Of a DNA stretch of 64,000 bases, positions 17,750-28,473 are shown one piece after another. The notes beneath the pieces were generated by a model. It made no database searches, was not told where the DNA came from, and saw nothing but the letters and a program-made list of their open reading frames with translations. This DNA is from Aureliella sp. (GTDB lineage: Bacteria > Planctomycetota > Planctomycetia > Pirellulales > Pirellulaceae): positions 4,576,001 through 4,640,000 of the forward strand of contig OY829846.1 in assembly GCA_963691875.1 (NCBI GenBank), in the 5' to 3' direction. A program made the translations under genes and the position numbers. Each line of letters starts with the position of its first letter. Within the stretch, counting starts at the first letter, position 1.

Positions 17750-19450
17750 CTACTGGTCGGAACCGGAGTTCACAACTGGTGGAACAGAAGTGCTTGGCGG
17801 CGGTGAGATGATCGGACCAGAGCTGTCCGAAGATGGAATGTCTGCAGGAATGATCTCACCTCGCAAGACTTTCAACGCATCCGAATACTTGCTGTTCTCT
17901 GGCGATAACTCAGCTGCCTTGGACATCGCCTCAATCGCTTCGTCGTTCTTTCCAGCTGCATCTTGGATGGAAGCTAGAAGAGCGTAATTCTCACCTGACG
18001 GAGCTTGGTCAACCAAGCGTTGAGCGAACTTGGCGCCCTTACCATCATTGGGGAGCAAAGAGTAAAAGAACATGGCGGTGCCGTGAAGCGCAGCGGCATT
18101 ATCTGGATCGGCATCCAAAAACTCAATCAAGACGCTCTCGGCTTTCTCCATCTCGGAGGTTTGCACATACAAGCGAGAGATTTCTTTGGTGTAAGTGAAG
18201 TTCTCGGGTTCGATTTTCTGTAGTTCACCAAGCCAACGAATTGCCTCGTATGGTTTTCGTTGCTGCATCGAGAAGAAGGCCAAAGCTTGCCTGCAGCCAG
18301 TATTTTGCTTGTCCATTTGGCTAGTGCGAATCAAGAGCAACGAAGCGGAAGCTGGGAATCCACCCGTCACGTAGACGCGAGCCATATCGACGTAGAATCG
18401 GCCGACGTCTTCTCTTATTGCTGCAAGGTCGTTGTAGTCACGAGTCTCAGAGTTGACTTGGGAGCCATCACGGCTCAGCTTTTGGTACTCGACCTGATGG
18501 AACTTGGCTTTTTCGCGATCCCGCAGGCGCTGATAAGCCGTCACAAGTCCGAGGTGAGGCTTGGCGATATTGTTGGGCGGAATCTGGGCAGCAAGTGCGG
18601 CTTCCAGTCGCGTTTTCGCTCCTTCAAAATCCTTCAAGAGCAGGAGCACTTGGCCGAGCTCAGCGAGTGCACCACCGTGACCTGGATTGTTTTCGAGTGC
18701 CGACTCCAGTTCGGTCTTGGCCTCCTCCAGTTTCGCCGCTTGGGTCAAGGCAACTCCCAGCGTGACTCTTCGTGAAATACTAGTCGGGTCAAACTCGCAA
18801 GCTTTGCGATAGTAATTGACGGCTAGCTCCAATTCGCCTTCCTGAGTCGCGATGTCTCCTAGACCGCGCAGAGCATAGAGAAACTGAGGGTTGAGTTTGA
18901 GGATGGATTCCCAGACGACTCGAGCCTTTGCAGTGTCGCCGAACTCGAATTCGGTTCGAGCAAGCATTTCTTTGGCTTCAAGCGAGTTGGGCATGGTGCC
19001 GTACAAATGATTTGCGACGCGTTTACATTCCTCGATGACTTCAACAGCCTTTTCCGACGGAATGGGATCGAGTGGCGGCAAGTCTTCCTTGCGCGCCGTT
19101 TCTTCATCGCTGGTTTGGCTATTGGCAGAGCTAGGATTGCCGTTACCAGCCAAATTCCGGCTTGCTGGCAGGTTGCGGTTGGAGTCTGTCTGATCGCCAT
19201 TGGAAAGAGGGTTTTCCTTCTGAAGTTCTGGCCCGGGCACAGAATCGCTCTCAGCAAACAACCCAAACCATTCATTGGTGCTTCCGTAACCAATCACCGC
19301 TATTAAAGTGAGCCCGAGCAGGCCCAGCACCGTTGGTAGAATTCCACCTGAGGCTTTACTGTCCTTTTTTGACGCAGCAGGATGTGCAGGGATCTCGACC
19401 ACATCTTCGTCGGCTGCCGCGTTTTCTTCTTTTGGGTCAGATGCACTCAA
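17750..19450 (-). CDS. membrane-anchored tetratricopeptide repeat protein
   Basis: N-terminal TM helix, low-complexity linker, many TPR motifs and a Pro/Ser tail. The start (TTG 19450) is inferred from the upstream gene's stop. Confidence 0.8.
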   Translation of the reverse strand: MSASDPKEENAAADEDVVEIPAHPAASKKDSKASGGILPTVLGLLGLTLIAVIGYGSTNEWFGLFAESDSVPGPELQKENPLSNGDQTDSNRNLPASRNLAGNGNPSSANSQTSDEETARKEDLPPLDPIPSEKAVEVIEECKRVANHLYGTMPNSLEAKEMLARTEFEFGDTAKARVVWESILKLNPQFLYALRGLGDIATQEGELELAVNYYRKACEFDPTSISRRVTLGVALTQAAKLEEAKTELESALENNPGHGGALAELGQVLLLLKDFEGAKTRLEAALAAQIPPNNIAKPHLGLVTAYQRLRDREKAKFHQVEYQKLSRDGSQVNSETRDYNDLAAIREDVGRFYVDMARVYVTGGFPASASLLLIRTSQMDKQNTGCRQALAFFSMQQRKPYEAIRWLGELQKIEPENFTYTKEISRLYVQTSEMEKAESVLIEFLDADPDNAAALHGTAMFFYSLLPNDGKGAKFAQRLVDQAPSGENYALLASIQDAAGKNDEAIEAMSKAAELSPENSKYSDALKVLRGEIIPADIPSSDSSGPIISPPPSTSVPPVVNSGSDQ

Positions 19451-19496
19451 GAGTTCTCTTTCGGTTCGTCCCGCTAGTATCGAGGTTCTAGCTGCG

Positions 19497-21215
19497 TCAG
19501 TGAGATTGGTCGTTAACGTGCGATTTGCCTTCCCGCAGAATATAGCATGCATTCACTGGCATATTATCTTCGCTTGGGCGAATGGTTTGCGAGCTACCGC
19601 CATGCCAGCGGATCTCGATAGACTTGATCTTTTCTTGCTTACCGAGGCCAAAGTGAAGAGTCGAACCAAAGTGGCCCTGATAACCGCGTCCACTGTGCAC
19701 TTCGAGTAGTTGCGATCCCGCCTCGGTGGTGACTCGAACTTGACTGCCCACTGCGGAGCGATTGCATTTGATGCCGATCAACTGCAACTGAATCCAGTTA
19801 TTCCTGCTTTCGGATTCATTGCGAATCACAGTGGGTGGCCGGCGCGAGTTCATTACAATCAAGTCGACTCGTCCATCGTTGTCCAAGTCATCTGCGACAC
19901 AACCGCGACTGCTCTCGACGGGGTCCGTTCCAGTCCCAACCAGCTGTGTTACATCACCGAATGCTCCATCCTGATTTTCAAGTACAAAGTTGCGGCAGCG
20001 GTAAGTGGCGGTGTTGACGTCATCCATGTTGTCATGGATGTGCCCATTAGCCATAAAGATGTCACGATCCCCGTCGTTCTCCAGATCGCACAGAGCTGTG
20101 CCCCAATTGACGGGATGGAAGGTGCCTTGGCCGACACCCGTGCTGCGAGTTGAGTCGGAGAAGAATGCGCCTTCTTCATTCCGGTAGAGCGTGGCGAGTT
20201 GTTTCGTGTAGGCGGTTTGGAATAGATCCAGCCAGCCGTCTTGATCAATATCGCCAATATCGACACCCATGCTACCTTGCGGATCACCTTGAAAATCGTA
20301 AGCAATTCCCATTAGCAAGGCGCATTCAGTGAACACTCCTTTGCCATCGTTGAGCCAAAGAGAGTTCTTAGTGGAATCGTTGGCGACGAACACGTCGGTG
20401 TCGCCATCTTTGTCGAAATCCACTGCGATCGTTCCCATGCCCCATTCTTTTTCGTTCGCAATGCCGGCTTGTTGCGAAATATCAAGAAAGGAACCGCTTC
20501 CGTCATTACGCAAGAGATTGTCTGATTCTTTCTGGTAGAGCAGGGGACCTCCGTAGACGATCCTTCCACGAAATTCAGATGGTGGGATATCGTAGTCAAA
20601 TCGAATGTAGCTTGATGCGTAGATGTCCAAGTTCCCATCTGCATCGATGTCTAGCATGCTTGCACCGGCGCCGACTTTATCGCCACAAGCAATTGCTTCC
20701 CCGTTGACCGGTTGAAAAGTCCCATCACCATTATTTCGGTAGAAAGTGTTTGGCCCCATGTTGGTAACGTAGACGTCGTCAAAGCCGTCATTGTCGTAGT
20801 CACCCACGGTCACGCCGAGCGAGTAGGCCAAATCTGCTAGTCCCGATGCCTTCGACACGTTTTCGAATTGGAAACTGCCTAGGTTGTGATGTAATTGATT
20901 GATTGGCTGGGTGTTGTAATTTGTGCCTCGCAGGGCAGCGCCATTCAAGAAGTAAATATCGACGCGGCCATCGTTGTCGTAGTCGAAACTGGCCAAGCTG
21001 CCAGAAATCGCCTCGACCAAGTAATGCATCCCAGAGCCGCCATCGGTGTGCTCGAAGTCAATGGCTGCTTCAGCTGAGACATCCGCAAGGCGAATCTGTG
21101 ATTCTTGAGCCGAAGTGGAGTGGGCCGAGAGTAGAGAGGCCGCGAGGATCAAGGGCAACCAAGTAGTGGGCAGCTCTATCGCAATTGAAGGCAGTAGGCT
21201 GGAACGGCTATTCAT
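19497..21215 (-). CDS. CRTAC1 family protein (FG-GAP + ASPIC/UnbV)
   Basis: DYDNDG repeats, SSRG....DLDNDG, and CNRSAVG...GYQG...LHFGLG. The ATG overlaps the upstream TPR gene's end. Confidence 0.88.
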   Translation of the reverse strand: MNSRSSLLPSIAIELPTTWLPLILAASLLSAHSTSAQESQIRLADVSAEAAIDFEHTDGGSGMHYLVEAISGSLASFDYDNDGRVDIYFLNGAALRGTNYNTQPINQLHHNLGSFQFENVSKASGLADLAYSLGVTVGDYDNDGFDDVYVTNMGPNTFYRNNGDGTFQPVNGEAIACGDKVGAGASMLDIDADGNLDIYASSYIRFDYDIPPSEFRGRIVYGGPLLYQKESDNLLRNDGSGSFLDISQQAGIANEKEWGMGTIAVDFDKDGDTDVFVANDSTKNSLWLNDGKGVFTECALLMGIAYDFQGDPQGSMGVDIGDIDQDGWLDLFQTAYTKQLATLYRNEEGAFFSDSTRSTGVGQGTFHPVNWGTALCDLENDGDRDIFMANGHIHDNMDDVNTATYRCRNFVLENQDGAFGDVTQLVGTGTDPVESSRGCVADDLDNDGRVDLIVMNSRRPPTVIRNESESRNNWIQLQLIGIKCNRSAVGSQVRVTTEAGSQLLEVHSGRGYQGHFGSTLHFGLGKQEKIKSIEIRWHGGSSQTIRPSEDNMPVNACYILREGKSHVNDQSH

Positions 21216-22362
21216 TGAGTTGCTGTTCAATGATTTTCTTGGCTTCAAGGCAACGTGGATCTTCAGGAGCGACAGCAATTGCCTTACGAAAATACTCTAC
21301 GGCCGGTTCGGCCTGTTCTAATTGGGAGTATAGACCGCCAATCGCAAGCAAGTGATCCACTTTTTCGGGCTCCAGCTCGGCAATTCGCTTCAGGACGTCG
21401 ATCGTTTCCAGTGCTTTTTTCTGGGAGTGATACAAGTCCTGAAGTTCTTGCAGCCATGCAAGGCGGTCCGGCTGGAGCTTCAGTGCACGCAGCATTTTGT
21501 CCTCGCCACCCTCCCCGTCGCCAAGTCTCCTGAGCGCCACCGCCATGTCTGCCAATACTTGTGCGGACACACTAATCGCATGTTCTCGGTCGACAAATCG
21601 TTGGGCGCCAAGCGAAGTGTTCTCAGAGTCTTCTTTTTCCAGTCGTTTAAACTCTTCGAGGTGCACGTTGGCTTTTTCGCGATCCGATTTTCGCAGATAT
21701 GCCTGCGCCAGTTCGTAGTGAGCCTTCGTCGACTTTGGGTTGAACTGCAGCACAGCCAGAAGAACTTCGATTGCCTCGTCGTATTTCTTCAGTCGCATCT
21801 GTGCACTCCCAAGCATCTCGAGTGCTTGAACCGAAGCTCTTTCTGATGCAATGTGCTGCTCCAGGGTGAGTGCGGCTAGATCGGGCTTGTTCTGGTTGAG
21901 GTAGGTATCGGCAAGAAGTAGTGGTACGCGTGGATTGCGAACCTCTTCAGCGCCTAGGGATTCGCATAGTGCGGCGGCTTCGTCGTAGCGACCAGCCTCG
22001 AAGGCGAGATTAGCGAGCCCGAAAATCGCATCTGCATTCCGACGGTCAAACTCCAAGCTCTTCGTCCAAGCAGCTTGAGCACCTTCGGCGTCGCCAGTGC
22101 GGAAATCGAAGTCGGCTTGAGCGTTCCAGGGCAAAGCCGAGTCAGGCCACTTCTGGCGGAATTGTTCTAGCTCTTTCCGAGCCATCTCCAGGATTTGGTC
22201 TGAAGTGGAATCATCTTGAAACGCGGCTTCCTTAAAGGGCTTCTCAAAGACGCTCTCGCGATCTAAGGCGGAGTGCGCGGTTCCGGGTAAGGTCCACCAA
22301 TAGCCTACAACGCCAGCCAGCACGAGCAGGAGAACGATGAGAACTGCAATTCTTGCCAACAT
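21208..22362 (-). CDS. membrane-anchored tetratricopeptide repeat protein
   Basis: N-terminal TM helix (IAVLIVLLLVLAGVVGYWW) followed by TPR repeats. Confidence 0.82.
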   Translation of the reverse strand: MLARIAVLIVLLLVLAGVVGYWWTLPGTAHSALDRESVFEKPFKEAAFQDDSTSDQILEMARKELEQFRQKWPDSALPWNAQADFDFRTGDAEGAQAAWTKSLEFDRRNADAIFGLANLAFEAGRYDEAAALCESLGAEEVRNPRVPLLLADTYLNQNKPDLAALTLEQHIASERASVQALEMLGSAQMRLKKYDEAIEVLLAVLQFNPKSTKAHYELAQAYLRKSDREKANVHLEEFKRLEKEDSENTSLGAQRFVDREHAISVSAQVLADMAVALRRLGDGEGGEDKMLRALKLQPDRLAWLQELQDLYHSQKKALETIDVLKRIAELEPEKVDHLLAIGGLYSQLEQAEPAVEYFRKAIAVAPEDPRCLEAKKIIEQQLNE

Positions 22363-22406
22363 GCCGTTGTGCTTACCCAGGTATGTAGGTTGACGCAAAA
22401 CGAAAT

Positions 22407-22444
22407 CGGCCAGCGATTCGGAGCAAAGCCCGTCTCACTGGCCG
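22407..22444 (-). terminator. possible intrinsic terminator
   Basis: CGGCCAG...CTGGCCG stem followed by T-rich sequence on the minus strand. The loop is large. Confidence 0.35.
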
Positions 22445-22468
22445 TGAATTTCGATGGATCGAAATAGA

Positions 22469-22951
22469 TTACTTGCTAGTGACTTTAAATTCGAAGTTGT
22501 TCTCTCCGCCTTCCTTTACAGAAGCCTTCAAACCTGAAGTGCCAGGACTGTTCCACTTCGCCGCAATCATGTTTTCCGTCTTGCCTTCTTTAGAAGTATC
22601 CAAGGCTCCGTAGATCGCATCCATCGCTGCTGGATCGTCTGGATCCATTTCCTTGGGCAAGGTGTCTTCTTCAACAGTGCTCTTGAGAATTGCCACTTGG
22701 TAATCTCCGGCTAGAGCTCCATCGCCAGTGTCTACAGTGGTTAGTGAGTACTTACCTTCGGCGTCTGTTTGGCCAGAAGCACTTTGGCCAGAGCTGCCAG
22801 CGGCTGGCGAGAAGACAACTTTTACGCCCTCCATTGGCTTGTCGTCGACCAAGACGGTTCCTGTGACGGGAATTGTCGGAAGTTTAGCCGCGCCGCAACC
22901 TAGGAAGACTGTTAGAGTTAAACATGTTAGTGCCGTGGTGATATGCTTCAT
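22469..22951 (-). CDS. carboxypeptidase regulatory-like domain lipoprotein (common DUF1559 partner)
   Basis: Lipobox VFLGC, PVTGTV.VD.KP, ASG.TD.EG.Y.L, GALAGDY.V.I and TSGL.A.V..GG.N.F.F. Confidence 0.82.
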   Translation of the reverse strand: MKHITTALTCLTLTVFLGCGAAKLPTIPVTGTVLVDDKPMEGVKVVFSPAAGSSGQSASGQTDAEGKYSLTTVDTGDGALAGDYQVAILKSTVEEDTLPKEMDPDDPAAMDAIYGALDTSKEGKTENMIAAKWNSPGTSGLKASVKEGGENNFEFKVTSK

Positions 22952-23022
22952 TTGATGAGTCCAAATTGAGGTTTAGGTGTGTGTGAAAGGTGACTGAACT
23001 GTTAATTTCAGAGTTTAAAGGG

Positions 23023-24315
23023 TTAGTTGCCGTACCAGAGTACGACCCGGCCAATGCGGTCGTAAGGTTCGGAAATGTGCATGCCGCCGGTGACTAAGTC
23101 GAGCTTGCCATCCCCGTTTATATCGCCAACGTCGAGCGCTTGAATGTGGCTTGGCGAGTTGCCAAGCGGGTGCGATAGGAATCGCATGCTACCAGTATTT
23201 TCTAGCAGTCGCAAGCTTTGCGACGTGGGCTTGCTCCAGCTGTTAAAGGCACTGGATAGGAAAATATCGAGGTCTCCGTCTTGGTCGTAATCGTGTGCGA
23301 CAGCGTTTACTGCGCCGCCAAAATCAGCGAGTCGGTGGTATTCAAATTTGCCGTTTGCTGTATTCTCGAGCCACTGGGCTCCATGCCAGGGCCACGGTTT
23401 GGGCGGCGAGTAGTCGAACGCATCTCCATTGCAGTAGAGCACGTCTAAGTCGCCGTCTTGATCGAGGTCTTCGAGCCAAATTCCTGCAGATCCAAAGTCT
23501 GGATTCGTTGCGTCGTGGATCTTCTCCTCGCGAAATGAGCCATTGCCCTCGCCATAAAGGACATAGATGCTTTCGATTTCTTGACTGATGAGCAAGACGA
23601 TATCGACGTTGCCGTCCCGATCAATGTCTTCAGGAATCCCATGAATTCCACCAGCTTGCTCTTGAAGGACATGTGGCTCAAATGAAAACGAGTCGTCTTT
23701 CCCCTTGTTTTCAAGCCACTGGACTAGCCCCTCATAGTAACCAAAGTGCGTGACCACTAGATCCAGGTCGTTGTCCTTATCCATGTCGCAGGCTCGCACG
23801 TCCGAAATCCGCGCGACGTTCTCCAAGAGGACCTGAGATTGAAAGTTTTCTTCCCCGTCATTCTCAAAAAACAGCAAACTACCGACCTTATCGTCGCTCG
23901 GGAAAAGTTTGCCAAGCGTTGCCAGCAAGATGTCCAAGTCGCCGTCACCGTCAAAGTCAACGATTTCAGTTCGGGCTGGTGCTAGAACGTCCGATGCAAT
24001 CGTCTGCTCCTCAAAGCTGCCTGATTCGAGCTGGCGAATCCAGCTAAGCGTATTTTTCGTGCAATCGCAGACGAGAACGTCCATTTTGGAGTCTTCGTTT
24101 AGATCAACCAGATCCACGTAAGAGATCCTAGGTGGCTCCTCGAAGTCGAAGCCAATGGGTTGCTGCGAGAAGAGATTGAGCGCTTCGCCTTCTTCGCTAT
24201 CAGCCGGTGGTAGATCGGTGCGATTGGATTCAAGATTTCGTTGGCGGAGACTCAGCAGCAAAGAACCTGCTGCCGCCAAGAGAAGCAAGGTCGCGATGAT
24301 CCATTTCCAAGACAT
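23023..24315 (-). CDS. FG-GAP/VCBS repeat beta-propeller protein
   Basis: N-terminal TM/signal followed by seven D.D.D(G).D-type repeats. Confidence 0.85.
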   Translation of the reverse strand: MSWKWIIATLLLLAAAGSLLLSLRQRNLESNRTDLPPADSEEGEALNLFSQQPIGFDFEEPPRISYVDLVDLNEDSKMDVLVCDCTKNTLSWIRQLESGSFEEQTIASDVLAPARTEIVDFDGDGDLDILLATLGKLFPSDDKVGSLLFFENDGEENFQSQVLLENVARISDVRACDMDKDNDLDLVVTHFGYYEGLVQWLENKGKDDSFSFEPHVLQEQAGGIHGIPEDIDRDGNVDIVLLISQEIESIYVLYGEGNGSFREEKIHDATNPDFGSAGIWLEDLDQDGDLDVLYCNGDAFDYSPPKPWPWHGAQWLENTANGKFEYHRLADFGGAVNAVAHDYDQDGDLDIFLSSAFNSWSKPTSQSLRLLENTGSMRFLSHPLGNSPSHIQALDVGDINGDGKLDLVTGGMHISEPYDRIGRVVLWYGN

Positions 24316-24541
24316 ACGAATTCGACTGAGGATGTTGGAAGGGCGTTGAGGAGAAAGATTAAGGAAGTTGCGGCGATCTCGATTTAGCTCGCACCGGTTG
24401 CTGTTTGGGACCGAGATCTAAGATTATAAATAACAGTGGACGATTGAAATTGGAATAACCTTTTCTGATTACGATGGCTCGACCGTCGCAACCGCGAGAA
24501 AGTTAGCCAGCACAATTTCTCTCTGAAACTCGTACAGTTAC

Positions 24542-26005
24542 TTGGGAAACGTAGTGCAAAAACCTCGAATAATCCTGATCTACGCTCTCGCAGCGGCCGC
24601 TATCTTCCTGGTGGCTAGAGGCCTAGGATGGTACGCAAATCGCAAGGCCGTCGTTCATTTGCAGCGTCAAGTGATTGAACGTGTTGAAGAGCTAGCTGGC
24701 TACGCCTACTACGATTTCCAGATTTTGAATGCCGGGCAGTCAACGGAAAAAATCGCTGATCTGGATGATCCTGAGCTCTCCCGACACTGGCTTAGTGGTT
24801 GGTTTGGCATCGAGTGGTTTCACGACTTAGAGTATGTGACCTTCGCCCAATTCGATGGCGTTCCCGGAGACGGTGGCCAGGCCGCGCCGCGTAGCGAAAT
24901 CTCGGATCAGCAGATTTTACCGCTACTCAAGTTGAAAACCATAAAGTGGTGGGCCTTGAGCGGCACGGCAGTAACAAATGAATGTGTGGCTAAGATTGTC
25001 GATGATTTGCAACCTGAGCGGATGTGGCTCGGGCAAACGCAAATTAGCGACAACTGTTTGGAAGTGTTGTCTGGCTGCGATTCGCTCCGCTACCTCGCAA
25101 TCGAAGCGACAGCGACAACCGACAAGGGGCTTGAAGCTCTTTCCAGGTTGCCCAATCTTCGATCGTTGAGCCTGGGTAGTCCGTTCTACACAGCCAAAGG
25201 GATTCGCACGCTTGGTTCCCTCAAGTCACTTGAATCTCTCTATTTGGATCGCTTACCAGTGGCATCTGCGATGCAAGAGATTGCATCTCTGAAGGGCTTG
25301 AAGACGTTGTCTCTGCGTGGAACTGGTATTGGAGACAAGGAGCTCTTGTTGCTGGCCGGCTTAACTGACTTAGAAGTGCTACAAGTCGATTCTACACTTG
25401 TTGGTGATAGCGGCATGCAGGCAGCCCAAGAGTGGAAGAATCTGCGCGAGCTGACTGCACAGCGAACGCTACTGAGCGACGCTGGGCTCGAGCATCTGGC
25501 TGAGTGTGAACAGTTAGAAAGACTCGAGATTTCAGGTTCTGCTTCGACACTACCAGGGGTGATTAAACTGCTGCAGCAGGAGCAAGGACGAACTCTGGAG
25601 GAAAGCCTCGGCGTTGTCTTTGAGACGGAGGTGAGCGACAATGGAAAACTATTGTCTCTGGATCTTTCGCCAGTTCGCATAAGCGACGAGCATGTCGAGT
25701 TGTTAAAGCCGCTGCAGGATCTGCAGTGGTTGAAGATGCCTAACAATCGGCTTAGTCAGACGGGCGTCGAAGCACTTGTGAACTTGCGATTTGCACGTTT
25801 GCAATTGCTCAACATAGACGGCGCGCAAATCGGTGACGCAGCGCTAAGTGTTCTTTCGAAGTTGGACTCACTCCGCAATCTTCACGTGGTTGGTACAAGC
25901 GTCACAGCTGAAGCGGTCCAATCGCTGCGTAATGAGAAACCGACTTTGCAAGTCTATCTCAAGCCAGTTCGCAAGCGTATTGTGGCCAATAACACACACG
26001 AGTGA
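24542..26005 (+). CDS. membrane-anchored leucine-rich repeat protein
   Basis: N-terminal TM helix and repeated L..L..L.L..T.I.D.GL units. Confidence 0.82.
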   Translation: MGNVVQKPRIILIYALAAAAIFLVARGLGWYANRKAVVHLQRQVIERVEELAGYAYYDFQILNAGQSTEKIADLDDPELSRHWLSGWFGIEWFHDLEYVTFAQFDGVPGDGGQAAPRSEISDQQILPLLKLKTIKWWALSGTAVTNECVAKIVDDLQPERMWLGQTQISDNCLEVLSGCDSLRYLAIEATATTDKGLEALSRLPNLRSLSLGSPFYTAKGIRTLGSLKSLESLYLDRLPVASAMQEIASLKGLKTLSLRGTGIGDKELLLLAGLTDLEVLQVDSTLVGDSGMQAAQEWKNLRELTAQRTLLSDAGLEHLAECEQLERLEISGSASTLPGVIKLLQQEQGRTLEESLGVVFETEVSDNGKLLSLDLSPVRISDEHVELLKPLQDLQWLKMPNNRLSQTGVEALVNLRFARLQLLNIDGAQIGDAALSVLSKLDSLRNLHVVGTSVTAEAVQSLRNEKPTLQVYLKPVRKRIVANNTHE

Positions 26006-26198
26006 TCCACTTCTTGCGCCCTGGCATTGGAAATTGGAACTCGAAAGCCGTGGCAATCCTGGGCCTTGGATACCTTGCGGGAATTGCTTGACGCACCCAA
26101 GCCAGTTATCCTGGTCTGCCCGAACTTGGCAACTTCTCCTGTCTCCGAGGCAGTGTGAAGGATGAGACAACAGAAGACCTGAGAACCGAAGACTAGCG

Positions 26199-26969
26199 AT
26201 GACTGAAGAAGCGTACGTGCCCCCGGAAGATTCCCCCGGCGAAAGCTTGACAGATGAAGTTACTCCCGGATGGCTAGTGCCAGCAGTGCTTGGACTATCC
26301 ATTGTGATTTGCATGCTTGGGCAGTTTTTGATCATCCGTCTGGCTGACCCGACGCCAGACGGAAGTCATGTTTTTTATCCGCCCATGCATGACCAGTTGG
26401 GAGATCCACCTGAGTACATCACGGCTAAGTTTTACGCCATGATTCAAAACAACGCAGTTGGCTTTGCGGTGCTGGGTACAGTTCTGATGGCGTTGGTTGG
26501 TGCAGTGATTGGTGTTGCAAAAGAAAACACCGTGAAGGGCCTTGCTGCAGGTCTCGTCGGAGGGCTAATTCTAGGAGCAGCTGGTGGAGCGTTAGGATAC
26601 GTTGTCGAAGGTAATCTGGCTCAATCTGCGGTGGACGGACTTGTAAAGACTTTCGCGATATGGCTGCCCGTTGCTGTTTCCTTAGCCCTTGTTCCCGGCA
26701 TTATCGCAGTAGTATGTGGCCTTACGAAGAGTATTCCGAATGCCGTTATCACTTCTGTGATCGGTGGTGCATTGGGGACAGCTGCGTATGTGTTGCTTGC
26801 AGCTACCATGTTTATTGGCGAAACGGCCATGCTGTGCCCATTTGACTTTGGCATCCGTTTCTTGGCTTTCACCTGCTTGGGGATTTCCACGGGTTCGGGG
26901 GTTTGTTTACTGGTTTTCTTGGATAAGTCTTCCAATAAGCCAGCCGCTGCGGAAGTGGAAGCTGCCTGA
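26199..26969 (+). CDS. hypothetical multi-pass membrane protein (GxxxG-rich)
   Basis: About 6 hydrophobic helices with glycine-zipper segments. Confidence 0.75.
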   Translation: MTEEAYVPPEDSPGESLTDEVTPGWLVPAVLGLSIVICMLGQFLIIRLADPTPDGSHVFYPPMHDQLGDPPEYITAKFYAMIQNNAVGFAVLGTVLMALVGAVIGVAKENTVKGLAAGLVGGLILGAAGGALGYVVEGNLAQSAVDGLVKTFAIWLPVAVSLALVPGIIAVVCGLTKSIPNAVITSVIGGALGTAAYVLLAATMFIGETAMLCPFDFGIRFLAFTCLGISTGSGVCLLVFLDKSSNKPAAAEVEAA

Positions 26970-27037
26970 GGGAGGTAGCTTTCCAGTTCTTCCTCACTCG
27001 CGATTCGCGTTGTGATTGCAGAGGAGTCCTTTGTTTG

Positions 27038-28435
27038 CTAGTTGGCAAGGAATTGTTTTAGTAATTCCTTGCTGCGTTCTGGCAAGACTCGAATAAAGTG
27101 ATCACGCAGCAGCGGCATGTGGACTTCGCCCGTCTTCTGGATCTGGATGCTGTCGTCGTAGCCCATCGTCATGTGGCAATCGATGCAGTTAGTTGCCAGG
27201 TTTGCTCCCAATTCGGGGTGCATGCCACATTCGTCGGTCTGGTGACACTTCTGACATCGCTGGGAAAACAGCTTTGTGTTGCCACGCTCGTTGCCATGCG
27301 GGTTGTGACAAGTCACACAGGTCATGTCCTCGCTTTGCAAATAGCATTTGCTTAGCTCCATGCGTTCCAGCTGATTGGCTGTGTGGACAGAGCCGCCATC
27401 TTCGTCACGAAAGATTTCAAAGTGCTCCTTCAGGACGTCACCCGGGCGAAAGCTGAAGGGAGCTTTCAGAGGAGTCGCGGTCCCAAGGTGGCATTGGGCA
27501 CAAACATCGTTGGTGCGATCTCGATCTAGTTCGCTTGGATTTGCGATGAATTTGGCAGTCTTTGAATCCGGGTTTTCTTGGTGGTAGTCCACATGCTGTC
27601 GTGCCGGGCCGTGACAGCGTTCGCAGCTCACCCCAAAGATCGTGGTGTCTTTAACAAAGCTGTTCTTCGTGCCAGGCTTCCACTCCATGTACGTCATATG
27701 ACACTGCACACACTTGGGAATGGTTTCGCGCGTGTACCAGGCGGTGCCGTCGTGGTAACCAGGGCTGTTGATCCAACTTTGCAAGGGCTTAAAGTAACTC
27801 AGGTGCATTTGGAAGAGTCGGTCGTCTTCCCAGAAGAGATAGGTCTGAGCCGTTTTGCCGGAACCGGTGACAATATCGAATGGGATTCTCCTTCGTAGCT
27901 CACGAAGATGAACCTCTTGAAAGTGACCTGAGTCATCTCGAATCATTTGGAAGGAAAGGTCGGGATGGATCGATTGCACCGTGCTGTTTGGTGAATCGAA
28001 TGGACCATCAATTGTCTCGGTCGTGGCCAAGCTAGAGGTCAATGCATGGGCGGTTTCGGAAAATCCCCGATACTGTTCGGCGTGACATTGGATGCAAGCT
28101 TGAGGACCGACAAAGTCTGTTGATGAAGCGGGCGAGTCTTTGTCGGCGTCCGCACCGCTGGCGTTGGGGATCTCCAGCCAGCAAGGTGAATTCGGATGCC
28201 CCAGCAATGTCACTTGTCGCTGAGGATCCAATTGCGAACGAAAGCCCAGCGATAGTTCTTGCTGCGACAGTTGGCTGTGGTGGATCAGGCGTGGTTTGTC
28301 GTCGGGTGACTCAACAGGATCCTGGTCTTCTGGTTCGAGGCTGATCGTTTCATTGGACGGAACGAAAATAATCCAGACTGCGCAGCCAATCAAACCTAAG
28401 ATGACAATCAGGATCGGTATGAATGGATTCTTCAT
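27038..28435 (-). CDS. membrane-anchored multiheme (7 CxxCH) c-type cytochrome
   Basis: N-terminal TM helix. Heme motifs CIQCH, CVQCH, CERCH, CAQCH, CVTCH, CQKCH and CIDCH. Confidence 0.9.
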   Translation of the reverse strand: MKNPFIPILIVILGLIGCAVWIIFVPSNETISLEPEDQDPVESPDDKPRLIHHSQLSQQELSLGFRSQLDPQRQVTLLGHPNSPCWLEIPNASGADADKDSPASSTDFVGPQACIQCHAEQYRGFSETAHALTSSLATTETIDGPFDSPNSTVQSIHPDLSFQMIRDDSGHFQEVHLRELRRRIPFDIVTGSGKTAQTYLFWEDDRLFQMHLSYFKPLQSWINSPGYHDGTAWYTRETIPKCVQCHMTYMEWKPGTKNSFVKDTTIFGVSCERCHGPARQHVDYHQENPDSKTAKFIANPSELDRDRTNDVCAQCHLGTATPLKAPFSFRPGDVLKEHFEIFRDEDGGSVHTANQLERMELSKCYLQSEDMTCVTCHNPHGNERGNTKLFSQRCQKCHQTDECGMHPELGANLATNCIDCHMTMGYDDSIQIQKTGEVHMPLLRDHFIRVLPERSKELLKQFLAN

Positions 28436-28473
28436 GATGTTGGCCGCACAAAATCCTATTGCACTAAATTGGG

